A DNA stretch of 64,000 bases from Sedimentisphaerales bacterium (GTDB taxonomy: Bacteria; Planctomycetota; Phycisphaerae; Sedimentisphaerales; SM23-30): assembly GCA_963666285.1 (NCBI GenBank), contig OY762711.1; one strand, given 5' to 3'. Position numbers and translations under genes: made by a program. The notes beneath the pieces were generated by a model. The model ran no database searches. It saw nothing but the letters and a program-made list of their open reading frames with translations, and was not told the DNA's origin. Each line of letters begins with the position of its first letter. The stretch's first letter is position 1. Of the stretch, positions 39,916 to 50,156 are shown piece after piece.

Positions 39916-41664
39916 CTATACACCCCTGGGATAATTAGGTGTATATGACGTATGTAGAAGCTCATGAGCTTTGTGACCGCCCTGCTCACCAAGATAATCT
40001 TCATAGAGTTTTACAATATCAGGGTTTTCATGTGAAGAACGATACTTTTTATCTTTATCAAGCTTATAAAGCGCTTCAGCGCGTTTTGCTCTTAGCTCTT
40101 TATTTAGCACATATTGCCCTGTCGGCGGATAAGGTTGTCCACCACCATTGATACATCCACCGGGACATGCCATAATTTCAATCAGATGAAACTCTTTTTC
40201 GCCACTCTTAACAGAATCAAGTACTTTACGGGCATTGCCAAGCCCATTTGCTATAGCCAGCTTAATTTCAGTACCAGCTACATTGACTGTTACTTCACGA
40301 AGACCTTCTACGGCTCGCACATCTTTAAACTCAAGTTCTTCAAGTGGTTTTCCTGATAGTTTTACCGCAGCGGTCCTCAAAGCGGCTTCCATAACGCCAC
40401 CTGTAGTACCAAAAATATCACCGGCACCTGTTGCTAAGCCCATTGGTGAATCAAACGGCTCATCTTCAAGGGCTAACATGTCAATTCCGTAGCATTTAAT
40501 CATCCATATAAGTTCTCTGGTGGTAAGTACTGCGTCAGTATGAGGAGTGCCGTCAGCATCAGCCAACTGCGGACGTGCCATTTCATACTTCTTGGCTGTA
40601 CATGGCATAATTGCAACGTTAAATATCTTTTTAGGATCTATATCTTCATGCTCTGCATACCAGGTTTTAGTTAAAGCAGACATCATACTCATTGGTGACT
40701 TACATGATGAACAGTTAGGGATAAATTCAGGATAGAATTTTTCGACAAAATTCACCCAACCTGGCGAACAGCTTGTCAGCATAGGCAACGGTCCTGTTCC
40801 CTTTGTAACCCTTTGCAGAAATTCATGAGACTCTTCCATGATAGTAAGGTCTGCACTGAAATCAGTGTCAAAAATTACGTCACATCCAAGTTTTCTTAAG
40901 GCGGCAACCATTTGGCCCACTATAGGTGTGCCAGGTTCCAATCCAAATCCTTCTCCAATAGCAGCACGTATCGAAGGCGCAATCTGAACAACAACAATTT
41001 TTTCCGGATCAGCGATTGCTTCCCATACACGTTCAGTATGATCTTGCTCCAAAAATGCTGCTGTAGGACAGACGTTTATGCACTGTCCGCATTGTATGCA
41101 TACAGATTCATCCATATTTACGCTATGAGCAGGAGCAACTTCTGTATTAAAACCTCGATGCTGCTGGCATAAGTTGCTTACCGATTGAACTTCTTCGCAT
41201 ACACGGAAGCATCGGCCGCAAAGTATACATTTATTAGGATTTCGAACAACACTTTTACTGGTATTATCAATAGGAAGATTTTTGCGTTTGCCTTCAAATA
41301 ATCTTTCTCTTACACCATGTAAATATGCCAATCTTTGTAATTCACAATTTCCATCACGCTGGCAGGTTTGACAGTCTTTGGGGTGATTATCAAGAATCAA
41401 TTCGATAATATCTCGACGAGCCTCACGAATTTCAGGACTGCAAGTATTGATTTCCATACCTTCCCATACTTTTACAGAACAGGATGCCATAAAAAATGGT
41501 ACCCCTATCACTTCGACAATACATACCCTGCAGGCACCTTCAAGTGACAGGTCTGGATGATAACAAAGTCTCGGAATCCGTATTCCAATACTGTCAGCAG
41601 CTTCCATAATTGTTGTTCCGTCGGCAACACTTAACGGTTTACCGTCAATTCTGATATTAATCAT
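39916..41664 (-). CDS. hydA: [FeFe]-hydrogenase catalytic subunit, group A (HndD/HydA-like)
   Basis: H-cluster motifs TSCSPGW, MPCTAKKYE, EIMACPGGCINGGGQP; N-terminal [2Fe-2S], His-ligated and 2x[4Fe-4S] motifs. Confidence 0.95.
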   Translation of the reverse strand: MINIRIDGKPLSVADGTTIMEAADSIGIRIPRLCYHPDLSLEGACRVCIVEVIGVPFFMASCSVKVWEGMEINTCSPEIREARRDIIELILDNHPKDCQTCQRDGNCELQRLAYLHGVRERLFEGKRKNLPIDNTSKSVVRNPNKCILCGRCFRVCEEVQSVSNLCQQHRGFNTEVAPAHSVNMDESVCIQCGQCINVCPTAAFLEQDHTERVWEAIADPEKIVVVQIAPSIRAAIGEGFGLEPGTPIVGQMVAALRKLGCDVIFDTDFSADLTIMEESHEFLQRVTKGTGPLPMLTSCSPGWVNFVEKFYPEFIPNCSSCKSPMSMMSALTKTWYAEHEDIDPKKIFNVAIMPCTAKKYEMARPQLADADGTPHTDAVLTTRELIWMIKCYGIDMLALEDEPFDSPMGLATGAGDIFGTTGGVMEAALRTAAVKLSGKPLEELEFKDVRAVEGLREVTVNVAGTEIKLAIANGLGNARKVLDSVKSGEKEFHLIEIMACPGGCINGGGQPYPPTGQYVLNKELRAKRAEALYKLDKDKKYRSSHENPDIVKLYEDYLGEQGGHKAHELLHTSYTPNYPRGV

Positions 41665-41810
41665 ATTTTGTGCCCCTTGACATATATGTCATTTTCATAG
41701 ACAAAATAGCTATAAGTTTCTATTGCCAATAATTTTAACCAGCAAACACTAAAAATTATAGTAAAAAGTATAGATAAATTTCCATAAAAATAATTAATCA
41801 TCTAAAAACA

Positions 41811-41831
41811 TTCATTCAAGTCGTGAATGAA
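41811..41831. promoter_or_regulatory. Palindromic candidate operator in the hydA/permease divergent region
   Basis: TTCATTCA-N5-TGAATGAA. Confidence 0.3.
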
Positions 41832-41911
41832 CATTCATATGATTGTACCTTAAGTATGGCAATAAAAATATATTGCTACTACTTGTTTATTTACTGTAAG
41901 TTAGATATTAT

Positions 41912-43315
41912 ATGTCTATGCACACTATTTACCTGGCTTTAAAATATTTAACAAGAAGAAAAATAGCATTTTTTGCTATTTGCTCGGTTGGCCTTTGTGT
42001 GGCATTAATGATCATTATTACCAGTCTTTTTAATGGTTTTCTGGATAAATTTGAAGAATTCTGGCAATATGAATACGGGCAGATAATGCTAATATCCGAC
42101 AATGATGTGCCGGATATATCTGCCGCAGCTGATTATCTGGGTGAAATTCCTGAAGTGGAAAGCACCAGGATAAATATTACCAGCGGCGGCCTGCTTTTGC
42201 TTGGCAGAGGTAATGTAAAAATGGCAATTGTAAAGGGTATAGATCTTGAGAGAGAACTCCGGCAGGAGCATTTTAGAGACGGTCTGGTAATAGATGAATC
42301 CTGTACAAATGAATTTGAACTGTCTGATAAGCAGATCGATTTATCAGAAAAATGGCTGGAAAAGAAATTACGCCGTGAAATTACTGATGCCGATCGACCT
42401 GTAAACGTAGTTCCATGTATAATGAGCGTTGGCTTGCTCACTGAAGAAGATTCACAATCTGACGGGTATGATTACAGCAATATCAAACAAAAGTTAACCG
42501 ACTGGAAAAGCCCTGCTACACTTTTTAGCGGCTCTATCGATAGGGCCGAAGATGGAGTTACCCAGGTAAAACGAAATCAATATTATTGCTGGCCAATAAA
42601 TGCTGTAGAAGTCGGTTCATATCAAATCGACAAAAATACGTTATTTCTGCCCTACGATTATGTAATTAAAAATTTTAATGTATTGCCGCAAATTTTAATT
42701 ACCGGGAAAAAAGGAATTTCTGAGCCTGAACTTCAGGAAATTGTCAGCAATGCATGGATTAATTACCGACAAAATGTCTTAAAACTGCCAAGTAGAGATA
42801 TTTACAGGTTCAGATGCGTAATTTCAACAGAAGATCAATGGTTGCAAATGTTTATTGGTGAAATCCATAAACAATTGATGATTATGAAAGTAATTCTGGG
42901 TTTTGTCTGTCTCGTCGCCGGTGTTCTAATATTTGTAATACTGATGATGGTTGTTATAAACAAGAAAAGAGATATTGGTATAATTCGTGCATCAGGTGGT
43001 TCAAGATCTTCAGTTTCCGGATTATTTTTGAACTATGGTTTATCAATCGGTGTTTGCGGGACAATATTGGGATTAATCTTTGGTTTTATAATCGTTAACA
43101 AAATTGAAGTATTAGAAAATTGTCTATCAGCTATCCTTGGATATAATATATGGTCAGCTAAAAGTTACGCTTTCAGTAAAATACCAGATCAGGTTCATTT
43201 ACAAAGTCTTTGGTGGATAATATTATCCGGAATTTTGACTGCCGGTGCTGGAGCGGTTATTCCGGCCTATAAAGCGTCAAAGATTGAACCGGCTGAAAGT
43301 CTTCGATATGAATGA
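41912..43315 (+). CDS. LolC/LolE-family (FtsX-like) ABC permease
   Basis: LALKYL...GLCVA..I..SLFNGF; KKRDIGIIRASG; PAYKASKIEPAESLRYE. Confidence 0.88.
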   Translation: MSMHTIYLALKYLTRRKIAFFAICSVGLCVALMIIITSLFNGFLDKFEEFWQYEYGQIMLISDNDVPDISAAADYLGEIPEVESTRINITSGGLLLLGRGNVKMAIVKGIDLERELRQEHFRDGLVIDESCTNEFELSDKQIDLSEKWLEKKLRREITDADRPVNVVPCIMSVGLLTEEDSQSDGYDYSNIKQKLTDWKSPATLFSGSIDRAEDGVTQVKRNQYYCWPINAVEVGSYQIDKNTLFLPYDYVIKNFNVLPQILITGKKGISEPELQEIVSNAWINYRQNVLKLPSRDIYRFRCVISTEDQWLQMFIGEIHKQLMIMKVILGFVCLVAGVLIFVILMMVVINKKRDIGIIRASGGSRSSVSGLFLNYGLSIGVCGTILGLIFGFIIVNKIEVLENCLSAILGYNIWSAKSYAFSKIPDQVHLQSLWWIILSGILTAGAGAVIPAYKASKIEPAESLRYE

Positions 43316-43317
43316 GC

Positions 43318-44535
43318 TTACTCTTTGATATCAGTAAGAAGCCGATTAATAATCGTATCTGCATCAATTCCTTCGCCTACAGCGGCAAAATTCAGAAAAA
43401 TCCTATGCCGCATTACAGGTAATGCGTATCTTCTTATGTCATCACAGCAAATATTATACTTGCCGTTTAGTACTGCGTGAGCTTTGGCAGCAAGGATTAA
43501 TGCCTGTCCTGCACGCGGTCCGCTGCCGTATCTTACCCATTTTTTTATAAACTCAGGGCAATCCTCATTTTGCGGACGAGTAGCCCTGGCAAGCCTTGCA
43601 GCAAAATTGGCGACATGTTCGCTAACCGGCACATTCCTGACCAGTTTTTGATAGCTGATTACAGAAGGAATATCGATAACAGGCGTTAAATCTTCCGGAT
43701 CTTCTCCAGTAGTAGATAGAAGGATTTGCCGTTCATGTTCGAGATTTGGGTAGTCGACCTTCACCAGGAATAAAAACCGGTCAAGTTGAGCTTCAGGAAG
43801 AGGATATGTGCCTTCCTGTTCTAACGGATTCTGGGTAGCCAGCACACAAAACGGGTTCGGAAGTGGGAATGACCGCCCTACCGAGGTTACGTGATGCTCC
43901 TGCATCGCTTCCAGCAGCGCTGCCTGGGTTTTGGGCGGAGTCCTGTTTATTTCGTCAGCCAGCAAAATATTGCAGAAAACGGGCCCTTTGTGGAAGATGA
44001 ACTTTCTTTTACCGGTTTGCGGGTCTTCTTCCAGGATATTAGTACCCGTAATATCGGTTGGCATCAGGTCAGGAGTAAACTGTATACGCTGGAATACCAG
44101 ATTCATAGTCTGGGACAAACAGTGAACCATTAAGGTTTTTGCAAGTCCCGGTACACCAAGCAGTAAGCAATGCCCACGAGCAAAGAAAGCGGTAATTATC
44201 TGATCGATTACCTCATCCTGCCCTACAATAATCTTGCTAATCTCTGAAATCATTTTCTGCTTAACAGCGGCCAGCTGTTTAACAGCCTGCACCGGGTCTC
44301 TAAGGATATCAAGCGAAGAATTGTCAGAATTATTAGTATTCTGCTTTTTCTGAGGTTGCATCTGGAGTAATTCTACCGGACTGTCGCCGGTAAACTGCCC
44401 CGCAACGAGGTTTTCAGGGCCAACGTTAAATTCAACTCCGCAAGGACATTTAACCAATTGACCTGTTTTTAGATTTGCAAGCTCATACAGATGGTTGCAT
44501 GCCAGGCATTTTATGATAATTTTTGATTCAGACAT
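43318..44535 (-). CDS. MoxR-family AAA+ ATPase with N-terminal Zn-ribbon
   Basis: GVPGLAKT, RIQFTPDLMP, LADEINR, ATQNPLEQEGTYPLPEAQLDRF; N-terminal CLAC...CPC. Confidence 0.93.
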   Translation of the reverse strand: MSESKIIIKCLACNHLYELANLKTGQLVKCPCGVEFNVGPENLVAGQFTGDSPVELLQMQPQKKQNTNNSDNSSLDILRDPVQAVKQLAAVKQKMISEISKIIVGQDEVIDQIITAFFARGHCLLLGVPGLAKTLMVHCLSQTMNLVFQRIQFTPDLMPTDITGTNILEEDPQTGKRKFIFHKGPVFCNILLADEINRTPPKTQAALLEAMQEHHVTSVGRSFPLPNPFCVLATQNPLEQEGTYPLPEAQLDRFLFLVKVDYPNLEHERQILLSTTGEDPEDLTPVIDIPSVISYQKLVRNVPVSEHVANFAARLARATRPQNEDCPEFIKKWVRYGSGPRAGQALILAAKAHAVLNGKYNICCDDIRRYALPVMRHRIFLNFAAVGEGIDADTIINRLLTDIKE

Positions 44536-44572
44536 AACAGGCCTCGTTTAGAATAGAACAATCTCTTATCGA

Positions 44573-45340
44573 TCAAGCAGTTTTATCGTGTTTAAGTTTT
44601 TCTTTAAGAGGGCTTAAAATACTTTCAGTAATAATTTCAGCCTCTGTCATAATGCCGTCAATTCGATTTCGAAGAACCGATAAGAAGAATAAAGAAGGAA
44701 TAGCGACAACGAGTCCAAGGCAGGTTGTAACCAAAGCTTCGGATATAGCTCCGGCCAGCTGAGCCGAGCGTGAAGCCCCTTCCAAAGCGGCGATAAAGTT
44801 AAAAGCTGATATCATACCGGTTACGGTACCCAATAAGCCGAGCATCGGAGCGGAATTGGCAATAAAAGACAAATATTCCAATTTTCGATATAGAAATCCA
44901 GATTCGCGGCGGGCCGCTTCTTCAACGGCCTTTTCAATATCATAATATCCCATAATTGAATTACGTTGAGAAAGGCCAAAAGCTAAAACCCGGGTTAAGA
45001 AGTTGTCGTAATTATCGCAAATTTCTACAGCTTGCAGAAGCTCATCTTTGGCGATATGTTCGCGAATACTATCACTGAGATCTTCAGGCAATAATACAGA
45101 TTTTCTTATGGTTAGCATATGCTCGATAACCAAAGCAGCTGCACATACACTCATCCCGATAATTATATAGCCAATGATACCACCTTTTGCAATAGTCCCC
45201 CAAAGCGTAATTGTTTCAGAGGTTTCTGCAAGCACAAGGTCAGAACCGGGAGCATCTCCTGCCAGCAATATTGCAGAAGAAATAGCGATAATAAATGTAA
45301 TAATAACTAAACTGATATTTTTCATATATAGAACTCTCAA
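44573..45340 (-). CDS. MotA/TolQ/ExbB proton channel family protein
   Basis: APMLGLLGTVTGMISAF, LAGAISEALVTT..GL.VAIP; start may be 45325. Confidence 0.93.
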   Translation of the reverse strand: MRVLYMKNISLVIITFIIAISSAILLAGDAPGSDLVLAETSETITLWGTIAKGGIIGYIIIGMSVCAAALVIEHMLTIRKSVLLPEDLSDSIREHIAKDELLQAVEICDNYDNFLTRVLAFGLSQRNSIMGYYDIEKAVEEAARRESGFLYRKLEYLSFIANSAPMLGLLGTVTGMISAFNFIAALEGASRSAQLAGAISEALVTTCLGLVVAIPSLFFLSVLRNRIDGIMTEAEIITESILSPLKEKLKHDKTA

Positions 45341-46251
45341 TTACTTCCAATAGGAATAAACCTGTATTTACCACCATTCTGAGTTGCGATAGCTCGCAAT
45401 TGAACTTCTCCTTCATTGCTGCCAAAGGCTAAGGTGTGAATTTGTACACCTTTCTTATTTGCTTTTTTGATTGTTTCGACTGCTGTCTGATCAAACTGAC
45501 CATCAGAGAGCAACCATATTGAATCCGGTTTCAAAGATAAAGCTTTTAGCATAGCTTCTGTAGGATCGGTACCACCCTGCGGCCCGATACCCTGGGCCCA
45601 ATGCAGAAATCGAGACTTATTAGACCTGGAAGCACTTACAAGCGAAGATGCGTCCATTGTTATAAACTCAGAATCATAAAAGATTATATAGAATGTCATA
45701 TTTTCGCTAAGCGAATTTACAGACCGGCATAACTCATCAATAGCCGTAGAAAGCCTGATGCCTGCCATGCTTCCGGACCGGTCAATAACATAGACGAAAT
45801 TGGTGCCGCCAGCAGTTAAGCCAAAGAAACCGGCAGTACCGGATGTGTCGCTACCTGCAAGTGACTCGGCAAAAGAAGTAGAATCAGCAGGTGAAATGGC
45901 CTGCTCGATACTCTGGACCGGAAGAACAACATCAGTAGAATCGACAGTATCAACAATAATGTTTTCAGTTACTACCGGAGTGACAACAGTTGATACAACA
46001 GAAGAATTGGCCTGCTGTTCAGTAGGTTCAATAGAAGCAGTAACTGCCTGATCTGGTGTTTGTACGCCAAGCTGGACCTCAAAAGATTCCGGCTCGTTGC
46101 CTGAACCAGTGTTGTGCCGGTACAAGGTAATAAACATCAATAAGGCAATCAGGACCAAATGGACAGCAACAGAAATAGTCCAGCTAATAGCAGAAAACTC
46201 TACCTGGGTTGTGAGAAATTTTATCCTGCTTTCCTTTTTGGCCTGCTGCAA
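45337..46251 (-). CDS. Membrane-anchored von Willebrand factor A domain protein
   Basis: TonB-like anchor S...H; MIDAS DRSGS, GGT, LLSDG; IHTLAF. Confidence 0.85.
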   Translation of the reverse strand: MQQAKKESRIKFLTTQVEFSAISWTISVAVHLVLIALLMFITLYRHNTGSGNEPESFEVQLGVQTPDQAVTASIEPTEQQANSSVVSTVVTPVVTENIIVDTVDSTDVVLPVQSIEQAISPADSTSFAESLAGSDTSGTAGFFGLTAGGTNFVYVIDRSGSMAGIRLSTAIDELCRSVNSLSENMTFYIIFYDSEFITMDASSLVSASRSNKSRFLHWAQGIGPQGGTDPTEAMLKALSLKPDSIWLLSDGQFDQTAVETIKKANKKGVQIHTLAFGSNEGEVQLRAIATQNGGKYRFIPIGSN

Positions 46252-46295
46252 CAGCCCGCTCCATAACTACCTGACAAAAGGCAAAGAATAACAAT

Positions 46296-46334
46296 AAAAA
46301 AGTTGAGGTACATAATCGAAACCAGTACCTCAAC
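46296..46334 (-). terminator. Probable intrinsic terminator after the GntR gene
   Basis: GTTGAGGTAC/GTACCTCAAC stem with an adjacent A6 (U-tract on the minus strand). Confidence 0.55.
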
Positions 46335-46356
46335 ATTAAGTTTAGAAATAATAAAT

Positions 46357-47688
46357 TTAAGCTAATCGTTCGCAAATACTGTCAACTGTATCCAGCCCCA
46401 TCCAAAGCTCAAATAGCAAATCCTGGAAGGTGTTAGTCGCATTAATAGTACATGGAACATTAGCCGGTATAGCGTCACGCGTTTGAGCAGTAAATACACC
46501 TGCAACCGCCTCATCAAGGCCAGCGTTTTTCATGGCATCAAAGTTAAGAACATTTCCATGTACCGGAAGCAGTAAACCGCTACCAGCAATGATTTGCTGA
46601 TGACGGAGAATCAGCATATTGCGAATAACATCTTCGATAAGCTGATTTTCTTCCTGACTGCGTAAAGCGAGAATAATAAAACCACCGGTAATGCTTGAAC
46701 CAGTGCGAGCGCCAGGTAAACAAGCAACGCCAAATTCATCGCCAAGCGCCTGCCTGTATGGGTTCAAATAACCGATACCGTCAATTGCCATAGCACAACG
46801 ACCATCGGCAAATAAGTTGACCTGTCCTTCTTTGTCGAGTCTTGGGGTAACGTCATCTTTAAGAAGAGTATTGACATATTTCATAGCCGTTTTAATCTGC
46901 GGCATACACTCCTGGTTGATTTTGCCCATACCATCAAACAACTCACCGCCGAAGCAAGATACAAGTGATGCGAAGTGGCTAAATCTAGGACGAATCTGGA
47001 AGCCGTAAGATCCTTCAGAGCTACAAGCTTTAGCTATATCAGTAAGCTGATCCCAGTGCCATTCACCCATAGGAACATTGAAACCCTTTTCGCCTAGAAT
47101 TTTACGGTTATAATATAAAACCATCGGCGAGATACCGCATGGGATGCCAGACAGCTTGCCATTGACAGTGAATTTACTGCGAAGTTTATCCGGGATGTTT
47201 ACATCGTTTACAATAGAGGTAGAAAACGGTTTGAATAACTCAGGCTGATCCCAAACGCAACCAGCATATTCAAAATTGCAGACGAGTATATCAGCGCCAC
47301 TAGTGGTTCCAGTAGCTAACTGGTTCAGAGCGTCTTTTTCTCTCATGTCTACAAGATTGACCTGAGTGCGATGCGGCATTAATTGCTTTTGAGACAAAGT
47401 TCTAAATAACCCGGCAAGTTTTGAGCTGCTGCAAGCTATTCTCAAACTAGGAGTTACGTCTCTTTTGATTGTGACAATAGCACTGCGACGATCACGGCGA
47501 GTGATCAAGCCTTCCTGTTCGATATGCTGAAGTGCAGTTCTAACAGTTGCGCGAGAGGCGTCAAACTGAATAGCTATTTGTCTTTCTGAAGGTATTTTTT
47601 GACCAGGTTTCAATTCACCGTTTGAGATTTGACGACGAATATCTTCTGCTATCTTTCTATGTATAGGCATTGCCTTTGATTCTGACAT
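46357..47688 (-). CDS. GntR wHTH regulator fused to a solute-binding-protein-like domain
   Basis: GELKPGQKIPSERQIA..F..SRATVR.AL; then VLYYN...W.WDQL, FADGRCAM. Confidence 0.87.
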   Translation of the reverse strand: MSESKAMPIHRKIAEDIRRQISNGELKPGQKIPSERQIAIQFDASRATVRTALQHIEQEGLITRRDRRSAIVTIKRDVTPSLRIACSSSKLAGLFRTLSQKQLMPHRTQVNLVDMREKDALNQLATGTTSGADILVCNFEYAGCVWDQPELFKPFSTSIVNDVNIPDKLRSKFTVNGKLSGIPCGISPMVLYYNRKILGEKGFNVPMGEWHWDQLTDIAKACSSEGSYGFQIRPRFSHFASLVSCFGGELFDGMGKINQECMPQIKTAMKYVNTLLKDDVTPRLDKEGQVNLFADGRCAMAIDGIGYLNPYRQALGDEFGVACLPGARTGSSITGGFIILALRSQEENQLIEDVIRNMLILRHQQIIAGSGLLLPVHGNVLNFDAMKNAGLDEAVAGVFTAQTRDAIPANVPCTINATNTFQDLLFELWMGLDTVDSICERLA

Positions 47689-48037
47689 TATTGTGGTCTC
47701 CTTAGCGTTATGAATGTCCTTATCACTCAGTTTACATCCTTGTATTTATATCAGAAAGCCTCATAAGGGCCTACCTTTTATGATTTTAATTATATATATC
47801 CTAAAAGCAACTTAAAATTATATAAAAAGTGATATGCCGTTGCAAATAACATTATTATTAAATATTGCCTAGTTTTACATTATGGCGTAAATATCTATAT
47901 AAAATAGACTTAAGTGATTGTTATTTTGAAAACTATCATATTTATAATATAAAACCATGTTTTATGAGAGGCCATCCGGGTATTCAGGTGAGACAAGTAT
48001 AAGGATATGCATTGCTACGATTTGGAGATCAACTGCA

Positions 48038-49740
48038 ATATTAAGTTTTTATAGAACGTTTTTATGTTAAAGACGAAGTTTTCGTCGTTGTTATGTTTTA
48101 TAGAGAGCTGATTTTTGTTGGTAATCATTTTTTGTCGGCTCTCTACTGTTGGATGGTATGTCAAAAGTGCGCTGATTTATTTGGTGCGAAGGTTGGCTTG
48201 GAAGTTTGTAAAGTGTTTGTAGTAAGCGGGATAAAAAATTTGGGGAAAGTTATATTTTCGCGATTTGGTTGATGTAAAAACGCGGTGATTTTTTCGAGAA
48301 AACCAGTAGTCAGGAATCGGGTTTCAGATGCCAGGGAAGGTTGCTCGCTACCGCTCGCGGGTGATTGATGGGTAACGGGAGGTGTGTGGAAAGGTAACGG
48401 GGGCATCGCGGCGGTGGGATGGCTGCGAAAAGGGGTACGGATTTAAACGGCGGTGAATTGCGGGCCGCGGGCAATATACGGCGAGACGTTGAATGGGTGC
48501 GGCGGTATGCGTACGGGAACGCGAACATAGGTAAGAGGTAAAAGTGATAGGTAAAAGGTAAGAGTTGAGGTGTCTTGTACCGTACGGTACAGGACCTTAT
48601 TTTAAACGGCTACGCCGAACGACCGAAGGTCGTTAGAAATTAGAACAGGTGAGCAGCAGAACAGGGAAACAGCGGCGAGCGACCAGCAGTCAGCTAACAG
48701 AAAATACGTGCTGCGCACTCTGGCACATCATTGGACAAGTCCAACGATGTGAAGGAGTCGCTTACGCGACCTGTTTAAATAATGTGCCGAGATTGTGCTC
48801 ATCGTTCCCAGGAGTGAAGGAGTCGCTTCGCGAACTGTTTAAAACGGCTTCGGCGAGGCTAATTGAATTATAAATGATAATGGCGGGGTGAAAGATTGGT
48901 TAAAAAACGGAATGAAATTGAAGGGTATGGGGATGTTATAACGGGTGCGGGAATGATAACGGCGGGGAAGGGATTTTGCGGGTATTTACGTAAGTTGTTA
49001 TTTTGGGGAGTTGGGCGGACCAGATGCCGCAAAGCGGCATCAAAGTGTAAAGGGTAAAATAAAAAGCGTAAAGAAGGTTTGCAAAATATCATTTTAAATA
49101 TAGCACTGACTGACACGGACAAGCACAGACAAATACGGTAGGCAGAAAACAGCTGCGAGCGACCAGCAGTCAGCTAGAAATTTTAATCCCGATGTGTATC
49201 TGGATTTTGCTATGCTCAATAATTGTGATGGCTAAGCAGTCTACTCGTGGCGATGTTGGATTGGATGGAAATGATATTATTGTGGAGGAATATTTTGGTT
49301 GCTCGCAAAGGCCGCAAAGTTCGCAAAGTATCATTTTGAATATAAAACACTGACTGACACGGACAAGCACAGACAAACACGGTAGGCAACAGCAGCGAGC
49401 TATCAGCGGCCAGTGAAGAGGAAATACGTGCAACGCGAACGACCGAAGGTCGTTAAAGATTAGAGTAGATGAGCAGTAGAACAGGAGGAAGATAAATACG
49501 TGCTTCGCACTCTGGCACATCATTGGACAAGTCCAATGATGTGAAGGTATCGCCTAGCGGCGAGGATAATTTAAAATAATGGGTAGGTTTGTCCCCCCTA
49601 GTTGAAACCGGGGGGCTACCGGGTATCAGCAAACAGCGGAGAGGTACGCTAAATGAAAAATGAATAATTAAAAATGAAAAGTTATGGTGCCCTGGTGTAC
49701 GTTGACATCAGGAATAATTCGCTGGGGGGCACAACTTATT
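48038..49740. repeat. Non-coding mosaic element, copy B
   Basis: Homologous to 25215-26510; internal direct repeats 49081-49144/49323-49388 and 48618-48635/49438-49455. Confidence 0.85.
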
Positions 49741-50015
49741 TTAAAGCTAAGGCATATGAATGTTTTTCACGAATTTGTTGATAAATGTATCAAGGATGAA
49801 AAAATGTAGATGAAAAGAGAGGAATAATTGGGGAAAGTGGTTTGGTATATAGGATGGAATAAGTGCGAAATGGGGGTTTGGGGTGTGTTTATGCCGGAGC
49901 TGCGGGAGACGGAGGAACGGTAACTTTGGGAGATGGGCGGGTGTATTTGGGGTAAGTATATGATATGGCGGGTTTTATGCTGGTTTGGAATGGTTAAGAA
50001 ATTGTTAGATCGGAC

Positions 50016-50044
50016 TTGACAAGGGGTAACTTGTTATCTATACT
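50016..50044 (+). promoter_or_regulatory. sigma70 promoter of tRNA-Glu
   Basis: TTGACA-N17-TATACT, 40 bp upstream of the tRNA. Confidence 0.8.
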
Positions 50045-50083
50045 GTTTAATCCTTGATTTGATCAAGGGCAAGAATACATTTT

Positions 50084-50156
50084 GCCCCCATCGTCTAGCG
50101 GCCTAGGATACATGGTTCTCATCCATGTGACAGGGGTTCGAGTCCCCTTGGGGGTG
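50084..50156 (+). tRNA. tRNA-Glu (anticodon CTC), CCA not encoded
   Basis: Acceptor GCCCCCA/TGGGGGT, anticodon arm CATGG-TTCTCAT-CCATG, T arm AGGGG-TTCGAGT-CCCCT. Confidence 0.95.

Noticed and set aside
48161..49523. Short ORFs within element B
   Set aside because: Low-complexity translations of repeat DNA, not conserved in copy A.
25215..49740. Composite transposon bounded by elements A and B
   Set aside because: No transposase, the copies are well diverged, and the interval carries core genes (mutL, addA, LolE-like permease).
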